From contig CM022672.1 in the NCBI GenBank assembly GCA_012295275.1, positions 17,236,001-17,300,000 of the forward strand: a stretch of DNA of 64,000 bases, in the 5' to 3' direction. Numbering within the stretch: position 1 is the stretch's first letter; every line of letters starts with the position of its first letter. The notes under the pieces are model-generated. The model was not told the origin of the DNA. It worked only from the letters and a program-made list of their open reading frames with translations, and ran no database searches. Positions 46,813 through 58,250 of the stretch are shown one piece after another. The position numbers and the translations under genes are program-made. The stretch comes from Chrysomallon squamiferum. Its lineage: Eukaryota > Animalia > Mollusca.

Positions 46813-49800
46813 TGTACGTGTGTATTTCTATGTACATAAGGTACATTATGATGTGTATTTCCCCTAATATCTTACTGATCATGTTGTTGAGCAGTAACTT
46901 ATTATTTATATATTATGGCGTTAGCGAGTGCTCCTGAAATAATATTTTATTAATTTATTTTATTGTATTATGAAATAAAACTTTAAGATAATATTTTATA
47001 ATATTAATTAACAATTTATTTTATCAATTCATATTATTTTTTTTTTTATTTTTTTTTTTTTTAATATATTTTAAAACATACATAGAAGGTTTGATGAAAA
47101 GTTAATATCAGTAAATACATTAGTGCACATTAGTGCAATAAGGATTTTCACTGGTGTTACAAAAAGTTGTGTTAAAAGAATTTTATTTTATTTATATGGT
47201 GTCAGTTTTTCAATTTTTAAAAGACTTTATGCTTTTATTTTTCCTGAGGGAAAATGGTTTTGCTTGTTTTGTTGTTGTTGTTGTTGTTTTTTTTTATATG
47301 CACCTTACCATTATTTTATTTTTAAAAATTAAAGTACAATTCAACGAAAAAAGCAGTATAAAACCTGAATTCTAATAGGAATTTTAAAAAAAATATATAT
47401 TTTTTTCCATTTATCTGTAATTATTATAATTTTTAAAATAATTATATATGTGTTTTTTTTTTTTTTTTTCTCAGTTTTTATGTTTTACTTGTATACTTGA
47501 AAATATTTATAATTTAATCTTCACAGATATATTAACTGTATGTCATAATATTTTTTTCATTTACCTAAATAAATACAGAATAAATAAAATAAAGCTAAAA
47601 AACTAAATTAAGAAATAATAATTTAAATATAATAACAAATAAAACTACTTTGTATATAATAAAAAACATATAAAAGTTATATTCAAGTAATTTGATTTTA
47701 TAGTATCTAGTTTACATTATTTTCTCATTATTTTAATTACTTTCAAATTACTGTTCAAAAAAAAAAGAGAGAAAATGTTTGTTAAAATTTCATCACTCTT
47801 TTTATTTAAAGATGCAATTAATACAAATGAAAGTGATTCTTAATTACAGTGGTGTCTTATATGTGAATTAAAAAGTGGTCAAATACAATTTATTTATTTA
47901 TTTTTTATTTTTTTTTTTTTTTTCATACCTGATGATGATTTTAATCAAAATAAACAATTTTACTTCAGGTGGCAGCCAAAGGAGCACCTAATGGAGGATT
48001 ATCACTGAGGCGGAACCATTCCATGCCAGTCACGCCTGAACGACACAGTGAACTGAACCTCACAAGTCCTAGTACATTTTCTGAGTATGATATTTTTACT
48101 TTTTTATTTTTTTAAATAACACAAACAATAACTGTTTTGCAAGTTGCTGTACTAATTCATTTGTACTAATCTTATACTGGAAACCAAAAACATCCAACTG
48201 TTTGAATCCTTTTTTGTTTAAGGTTTAATAATTTTTAAGAGTAATATATATATGTATATATATTTTTTATTTTTGTTTAGTCAGAATATGCTTGAATACA
48301 TTAATAATGTTTTATAATGTGTACCAGTTCTTCTAACAAAATACAAGTCAGTTTTCAAAAGTGGAGAAATATATCACTGCATGTAAATATTATTAATATG
48401 TTTGATGTCTGTTGGATGTTTTATTTATTACTGCTGCTAGTACCAGAAGGATTAAATATAAAAGGTAAATTCTAACTTGAATCAGAATGAACTTACTGTT
48501 GTAAACAGTATACTTATTTTATTGCATACTTTTCTTGATGTTAATATTGGATGTTGTCCTTAGTACTAGATATTGTTAAGCATTCATTTGTGTGTTGTCT
48601 GTTTCACTGTTTTTTCATCCATCTGTCTGTTTAATTAGCTTAGACGCCAACATTTAAATATAATGAAATTAGATATTTTTAAAATTTTAGTTTGTCATGA
48701 TCTTTGTTTCTGTCTACCTGTTTGTTTGTTTTATAAATTAATGGAAATTTCTGTATTTTCATATTTAGTGGATGAAAATACTTTCAGGTTTATTGTATGA
48801 GTTTTGTTCTGTTATTATTTTGAAGTAATTATTGGTATAAATTAATTCACCCTTTTTTGTAACTGTATAAATAAACCCATTTAGTGTTACAGCACTGTGG
48901 TCTTTTTTTTCCCCTTCTTCTTTTTTTTATTATTATTGTTGTTGTTGTTGTTAAACTTTTTTTGCTTGTTATTATTTTTTGTTTTTAAAATAAGAGCAAA
49001 CTAAAGATTTGGTAGTTTGAATCATTTCTTATCACTGATTATATAGTTACCAGATACGAAGAAAGAAAACTTAAATTTAAAATTTAAAGATTATTATTCC
49101 AGCATCTCTTTTGAAATGTTCACAGAAACACTTTCAGAAATTTCATACAAACATTCTTGCAACGTGATGGTCATTTTAAAATTATTTAGTTATTAAAGTA
49201 TTTTTTATTAATTTAATTTAATTTAATTTTATTTTATTTTATTTTATTTTATTTTATTTTATTTTATTTTAATTTAATTTAATTTTTTATTTATTTTTTA
49301 TTTATTTTGTTTTATTTTGTATTAATATAATTTAATTTATTTTAATTTTAATTTTTTAATTTATTTTATTTTATTTTATTTTATTTTAATTTATAATTTT
49401 TTTTAATTTTAATTTTTTTTTTTTATTATTATTATTTTTTTTTTATTCTGTTCTATTCTTTTATTTTATTTTATTTTATTTTAATCCCAGGTTAAACTAT
49501 GCCACCACTCCATCAAAGAGCAGTACGGTTGCGGGCAGGTCGCAGTCTGTGTGGGTGAAAGCAGACAAGGTCAGTTCCTCCCCCAGCAAATCAAGTCTTC
49601 AGTACAAAATGGGCAACATCGTAAAGCGGGTGTCCCAAGTGGGGGATCAGTTCTCCAGCTCAAGCCAGCAGCGCAACTCCCTTGAACAACCCATTGAGTT
49701 AAATGAGCAGGCATGTAGTGGTCCCTTAGTGGCTTCTTTTTAATTTCCAGTGCAGTTCCTGAAAGTTCTCATACAGATGTTTAACAATCATAACAGTCAT

Positions 49801-52426
49801 AACAACAATTACAACAATATGACGATGATGATGATGATAATAGAATAATATTAATGCCAACAAAAACAATTGCATTAATAATAATAATAATAATTATAAT
49901 AATAAAAAAAACTGTAATAAATATTTTACTAATATTAAACAATCATAACAAGAATTTTTTTATAATAATATATTGGAGTAATAACAGCAGTAGTAAGAAT
50001 AATACTGATAATTAATTTTATATTAATAAAAATAACAAAAATAACAATGGCTTCAGCTGTATTTACAACAACAATTATAAGAATGTACAATGATTTAAAA
50101 TGTACAGATTCTTAAATTTGATTACTTTCAAAAAGCTACAAAAATAAAATAAATAAAAAAATAAAAAAGTAAATAAAACAAAATCCAAGAAAATATTGTA
50201 CAAACAATGATTAAATCATTATTTTGATTTATAATTTGGTGCAGTGAACAAAATATGAACAAACCTGTGACATTGTGACTTTCTGTTAATTTGTTCATCC
50301 TGATTTATTTCATGTTTTAGAAATGTCTTTAAACTGTGTAATTGACAAAATTAAATATTTTAATTTAGTTTTAACTGATTTAAAAAACAAAGTATTGTAA
50401 TAACACAAGAGAACTTTCAGGAGTTGCATTTAACCTCATATGGACCTTTGAAAATTTGTAAAGAATTGTTTTGGTTATTATATTTTTTGTTTTTAGAAAA
50501 TTATATTTATAAATATGTTGAAATTACAGCATTTTGTATATTAAAGTAAGTTTTATTGAAGTCAAACTTTCTACAAAACTTTTAATTTTAAAGTGTAATT
50601 AAGAAGATACTAAAGAAATAGATGTCCATATCTGGTTTTTGCATTTATTAATTTGCATAATTATCATTGATAAGTGTTGTTTTTTTTATGTTTTTTTTGT
50701 TGAAGGGAAATTTATATTTTATTTTGTCAGTGATAATTAGTTTTTTTAAATTGATAAAGGTTTAATTGTTATCAACAAAGTGACATAATATAATATTTAT
50801 TAGATTGTTTTGGTTTCGTTGTTAAATTAAAAAAAAAGAAGTAATAAATATGTTTAATTATTAAACATTCTTTGTTTAATAGAGAACATTTTAAGATAGT
50901 TTATTTTTTATAAATAATATTTTGTTAATGAATAAAACAAATTTAAAAATGCATTTAAATAATATTTTCACAAATATGTCATGTAACATATGTACTTAAA
51001 ACACAAAAATAATAATAAAAATGTTACTTATTACTGAATATCTACAAATATAAATTTCCCACTAAACACTATTAAATGTTTAACTAAATGAATTTTGACT
51101 GCTTTAGATTTCAGTTACTTGTTCCCCATCCCTACAAATAAGTGGCATTAATTTGAAATTAATTATATCCTGTGGGCACCAAGCTGTAGCATAGTGATAA
51201 AGTATCAGTGATAGGTTCTGTGTGTTACAGGATCAAATCTTAGTGCACCCATTGCAGTGCATTATGAGGATGTTAATTTAATCAATTCACTTGTTGTCTG
51301 CAGTAACAGCAAATTATCATTTCAGATTTAGACATCTAAGTGCCCTTGAAACACAAGGTTTTGTTTCTATTTACTGTAATAATTTTTCCCCCAAAAACAG
51401 TTGAAAAATGTTCTTATTTTTCTAACTGAAAAACTGCTTGTACAGTGAACTGGTTGATGTAAGCAATATGTTTGTTTATAATATTGTAAGTCAAGATTCA
51501 TTTCAAAAATACAATTATTATTTATGTTCATTTGATATTAATTAATTGCTTCTTATTTTATATTTAATTACACTGTCACTAATTCTTTGTTGATATTTGA
51601 TAAATCAAAAAAAAAAAGAAGAAAATGAAAAATTTTTAAATGTGAGCCTCACTGTTTTTACTTTTTTCATTGTTTAGATACAAAAAAACATGAAAATATA
51701 AATTATTTCTATTTTATCATTGTTATTATTTTATATATGAATATACAATACAAATTATCTTTGTTTTTTTTTATCAACATAACTATGAAAGTACAACAAT
51801 TATTTTAATCACTTTAAAAAAAAAAAAATATAATAATAAAATTAAATAAATAAAATTAATTTGATTATATAAAAATAACAATACTGTTGTTTTAAAAATG
51901 TAAGTTTAAAAATTATTATTGTTAAATTAAAAATGCAAATATACCAAATACGAACAACAGTTACTTTAAATACTTAAATACTTAAAGCAAGAATTATAAT
52001 TTTAATATATATATTAACGTTTATAAAATAAAATACATAGTATATTTCAAAAATAAACACAACTGTAGTATAAATAGTATATGATTTTTTTTCATATATG
52101 ATAAGTATATGATTTTTTTTCGTATATTAATGCTTATCAACAAAGAATTAACAGTGACTGTTACTTGCTGATTCCGTTCATTCTACTTTTAAATGGCTGC
52201 TGTGTTTTCATTTGGAGTGACTGTTGCTATTTCCTGGCTCTTCGGTTACTGCAGCTTTGTTCATGGCACGGCATAAAACGCTTTAACAATGAACTGGAAG
52301 TTGTTTGGGAAGCTGCTTACGTTTTATGAAATTTACTGTTGTTTCGCTAGGATTTTTATGTTAAGAATTTGTAAAGACGATTATTATTATCATGTTTATA
52401 TTATATTATTTATTTATTTATGTTTG

Positions 52427-52470
<44 letters not shown>

Positions 52471-53829
52471 TTAAAGTAGTTATTAATTATGTCCTTTTGT
52501 ATTTGTTTATGTATGTTTAAATTATTTCTATCCCACATACAGGATGTAAAATGCTAAAAAAGAATACAAAATCTGTAATTAGGTTCAAAAATTAGATTCA
52601 CTTTTAATAATAAGCTGACAGCTAAAATTTTCCAAGAATTTTTTTTACCCCTGTTATAATAATTATATATATAAATATGAATGTGTAATATATATATAGT
52701 AACAAAATATTAATTATTAAATAAGTAAATATTCATAAAATAAGATTAGCAAAAAACATATAATGTTACCATGAAAGAAAAATATAAATTGAGTAAATTT
52801 TCTTTTTAAATTACCATTCTAGTTTTAAAAAAATTAATACACATTCATATTTATATGTAATAAAATTAGTAATCAGTAAAAAAATGTTGTAACTGATGCT
52901 TAGAAATTATGGGATGGGTTTTACTGTAATTCTTTTTTGGAAATTTTATATTATTTATTTATTATTTTTGTTTTCAAAATGTTTCTCAGAAAAAGACTAA
53001 AACTACTTACTAAACAACAAACTGCTTCCCATCACATCTTGTTCAGTGGAAATTTATTTCACTATCACTTCTTTTTGTTAGCATGGTTTTTAATTTCAAT
53101 TTATTATTAATTTTTGTTAAAAATTAAAAATTAAAAAAAGAAAAAAAAAGCACACACTAAAAAGAGAAGTTTTTGGTTCAGTTATATTTATTTGCTTTTG
53201 CTTTTGGCACTTTTGGGGTTCTGGAAAGTGAAATGGGGAAGAAAACCCCAAAAACATTAATCGTGTGTTTGAATATATGAATAACCCTATCATAATATTG
53301 TAGAAAACATCCAAATTCTACACTGTTCTAACACAAGGGGTAAGTTTCTTTTTAAATTGTCTTTAACATTATTTTATAAAATACTTATATTAGGTTGCTT
53401 GTTTGTTTTGTCTTTTTTTTTTTTCACATAATTTGTACATCACAAAAAAACACGTGTCTTCTGTTTAAAAGTGCTCATAATAACCAGAGCTAACTAATGT
53501 CTCTACTAATAACTAGTTTATTTATAACCATTGTGACAATCTCTGTCAGTAGAAACTAAATAATTACAGGAACTAATAAGATATATCTTTATTTTAAAAG
53601 AGAGTTTATGTTAGAACATACTTCCATAAGTGATTACTGTATAGTAATTTTTCTTTTTTTTCTGAATATTATTTAATCATTTATTTATTTTTTTATTTAT
53701 ATTAATTTTTTTTTTTTTTAGATACTGATATATATATATATATACTTGTTTTAATTAAATGAATTAATTGATTTGTATTTATCTTGGATTACTTAATGGA
53801 TTTTCTTTATTTTTCTTTAAACAGTATGA

Positions 53830-53867
<38 letters not shown>

Positions 53868-54332
53868 ATCTTTCTTTACAAATACAAAAGTATCTTTGTC
53901 TCATGTAATCATTAATTCCTGTTACAATTTATTGAGGTTTACTTTTTCTTATTATTATTTTAAAATTTATAATGATTTATTTATTTATTATTTTTTGTTT
54001 AATGCTTTTTAATGGGCTTCAATTTATTTTGGTTAATCAGCACTTTGTCATATTTCCTTATTTTTTTTATTTTTTTAAATTTTAATTTTTAAATTTTTGA
54101 CATTTTAAATTTTTTTAAATTAATTTTGCTTTTACAAATGTTATTTTTGTTAATATGTCGAAATTGGAAATAGATCTTACTGGAGATTGATGAAGTTGAA
54201 TTTGGAAAAGTAATTTCAACAGATATGATATTTTTTGTAAAGACTATTTCTTGACCCATTATGGTTTATACCTTGAAAGCAAAATATTGACAAACCATCT
54301 TATTTTTTTATCAATGCATAAGAAGAAAATAC

Positions 54333-54384
<52 letters not shown>

Positions 54385-56937
54385 TCAGTGATATCCATTT
54401 TAATTATCATTTTACTAGCAGATAATTAAATATCTTATTATTTAATAAAATAATTTCCAAATTAAATATGTAAGTGTTGGGTGCATTTTAAAAACAATAT
54501 TTTGACTAGAGCAAAGCATTAAACAACTTAAGTTAAGACTTAGAGTTTATTTGACAATAGAAAACAGACTTCCAGTAAAATCTAATAAAGTGGAGTACAT
54601 TCAGACTGGACAGGCTGATGTTTAACAAATAAATAAGTTAAATATACCAACTGGGACTATCAGAAACATAAATAAGTTAAATATACCAACTGGGACTATC
54701 AGAAACTGATACAGTGTTTAATTTTGTTTAAACTTTTGTGATGCACTTGCATATTATTTGACTCATTGGTTGTGTGTGTGGATGTGTGCATAACACAAGT
54801 GTATATTAACTTAATGTGTTCAAAACTAGCAGTGTGAAAAAAGTGATTAATGTTTTTAGGCAGTGTCTGAAAAACTCTCCATTCCAGAAACAAACAAAAA
54901 CAACGAAACCTCCTCAAAAGGCTCAGTGACATTATTTTTCAGAAATAGAAAGTTACAAAAAGGTTATTCTTCAAGTAAATAATACCATTTATAGTTTGTG
55001 TTTATAGTGATTTAAATCTGTTTTAAAAAAAAAAACATATATATTTTGCAATATTTAATAATGAAGAATTATTGCTACACCACTAAAAAATAATGGATTA
55101 TTGACATAGCAGAGTGACATAACAGGTATATTTCTGTATCAAGAGCTGGCATGAAAATTATAATCAGTGTGTCATTATATAAATAGGTTAAAAAACAACA
55201 TTTTACATATATATATATACAGTTGATAGAAACAGTAATTATTATTCTTTCATATACAGTAGTTTGCTTTTGTGATAGTCTGCATGTAGCCTCTGGCAAA
55301 ACTGGAAAAAGGTTTCTCCTGTGTTTGCTAACAGAACTTCTTTAAGTTCAAAATTCAATTCATGCATGAACCTCAAGCTCAGGGTGAAGGGTGATTTGTT
55401 AAATAAATGAGTAATGTTTATAATTTATTTACTGATTATATCGGACAACTTTTTAAAAAAACAATGTGGATATCAAATTTAATGTAAAATAATTTGGAAT
55501 GATATTTTATTCAGTAATGTATATTTTAAGGGAAGCACTTTTTATTCAGACTTTAAGAGATTATTATTTTTTTTTACGTATTGATTTGTACAGCATAATC
55601 ATTTAATTTTATTTGTTTTTATTTGGGTTTTTTTTATAAAACATTAATTTAACTAATTTAATAAATAATACCTAGAATTCCATAGTGAAAATAATATAAT
55701 ATTAGATACTGCTGAACATAGAGGAGTTTTTAATTCTTGTTCTTTTTTCTTTCCTTTTTTTTTTTTATCATTTTAAAGGTAGAATTTTTATTATTTCAGT
55801 ATTTGGAGTGATTATTTAGAAGTATGAGTTGACACAATGTAGCATATATTTCAGTATTTTCTTTTGTTATTTACAACTATTTATTTCTTGTACTGGCTTA
55901 TTAAATAGAATAATTACAATATCCTAGAACCATGAATGGTTATTTTATAAATATTTGTTTATAGTATGAACAAATAATTTAGATAATCTATCTAATGATT
56001 TAAAATACACAACTGATTATAAAAAGATATTTTTGAATTCTCTTAATTTGAATATTTTTTAAATTTTAATTTAATTTAATTTAATTTTATTTAATTTTAT
56101 TCTATTTTATTTTGTTTTATTTTATTTTATTTTATTTTATTTAGTTATATGTAATAAATTAATTTATTCTTTGAATGTCTCTACAGGTTACCATTATGAG
56201 TGTTTTATTATTACATTTTGTTCAGCAATATATATATACATGTAATGTTATTTACACATATTTTGTATACTTCCTAATGATTAGTTGTTTTTTTGTTTTG
56301 TTTTTTAATTAGATAAAAACAAAAGAAAGAAATACTTGTCTCTGTGCTTGAGACATAATTTCATTCATAAAAAAATTACGAACAAAATGAAAAACGATCT
56401 GCACATTCTCAACTTTACCATTATCGAAGATTGGTAACTGAAAATAAAGTGATCACTTGGAAGCATACAGAATTGTATACAGACTACTGATATTACCATT
56501 TTTTGTTTACTTCAGCAGTATTTAATTACTAGACATTTTCAGGGTTAAAAAAGGTTAAAAATGGTCTTGACATTTTCTTAGCACTCTATTACTGTTATTG
56601 CATTACTGTAGCTGACGTCACGCCGGCCGCCAAGACCAGACTCCAGTGAGAAACGTCAGAGCAGCCGTCCACCAAGTAACCAGTTCAGACCAGATCAGCT
56701 CCTCAGTACAAGTTCTCTCAGCTTGTCATCAACACACAGTGGACAATTAGTGACCGGTAAGTAATGTTTCTTGTTTATTTTTTTTGTTTAAGATTGGTGG
56801 AAAAGTAAATTAAAAGAAAGTGTTGATTTGGAGTTATAATCATGGAATTTTGATGTGGTGAGTGAAATTTTTTTAAATGTTTTTATATTGAATTTTGTTT
56901 ATTTCAGTTTTTAGCTATGATTTATTTGTTTTATTTG

Positions 56938-56974
<37 letters not shown>

Positions 56975-58211
56975 TAATTAGTATATCTTTTTGTTTGAAA
57001 ACAGGTTCAGCAATGATATTTTGGACAATCTTTAACCGTTATCATTTAATATATTGTTCAGTTCTATGTAAAAGTGTTAGCTAACAAAGGAGCTGTGTGT
57101 TTTTCAGACAACAGTGATGGCGACTTTTCATCTGATGAACCTCCACCACTACCTGAGAAGCACAACGTTGACTACTCCAACATATCTGCTGATGTGATCC
57201 CTGCTGTGCCACGCAAACTGTCCACTCCCAAACACAAGGTTAGAAAAATCAGCAGGCTATTCCACTTCTAGTCTTGATGTGGTAACAAGATCTTCATCAG
57301 TTCACTTGTTCTGTTAAATTTAATAACATTTTCCAATTTCAACACATGATGTTTGTTGTCAACTAGAGGCAACAAATGTTGATTTGACAGTAATAAGTAT
57401 TGAAAAAATAGAAAATTAATTTTAAAAATTTAAATAATAATAATAATAATAAATTATATTCAAGATTTTGAGAATTTTAAATATCTTGAACTTTTCTAAG
57501 CATTTCCAATTTTACTTTTTTACATTTTCTTTATTTTCTTCTCAATTTTACTAACAGTGATTAGCAAGCATTCCAGTGTTAGAAATCTAAATGAATCAAG
57601 ATTTATCATTGTTTTTATGTGGTGTATTGTTATGTATTTCTACAAAATAATTTTAGTTGTTATTTGTTTTATTTGAGTAATTTACATGTTTATGAGGTGT
57701 ATATTTTCTCATAACCATTTCTTTTTAAAATTAACCAGATTTTTGTGATCTGAAACTTAAAGAATTTTTTTTACTGATTTTTTAAGTCCACATACTCATT
57801 TGTTTTTTCAGATTATTTATATATTTTGATTTTATTTATTGCAGCAGGGTATATATCATCATCTTTATGCCTTTTAAATTTAATCTTAGAGATCTGTTAT
57901 AAATAATTATAATGTAGGAACAGTAAAATGGAAAAATGTTATATAATTCAACATTTCGTTTCTTTATTCTTTTAAAGTCATTTTGATAAATGCAGATGTA
58001 AACAAGCTTGTTATGAATAAATGTTGATATAAAACATTTTAGTATTTAAAAAAAAAATATATATATATATAAATAATTCATTTACTGAAACAATTTTCAT
58101 ATCATGCACTGTTAAAATTTAATATAAATTTATATGTATGTATATATGTTTACTTCCATGAAAACGAATAAAAATCGAATCATTTTTCTTTCTAATGTCA
58201 TTAATCCATCT

Positions 58212-58250
<39 letters not shown>

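Noticed and set aside
46691-46937. ORFs with poly-TH or poly-VC (also 20496..20681, and the poly-L/poly-Y ends of the ORFs at 41419..41669)
   Set aside because: These are translations of microsatellites.
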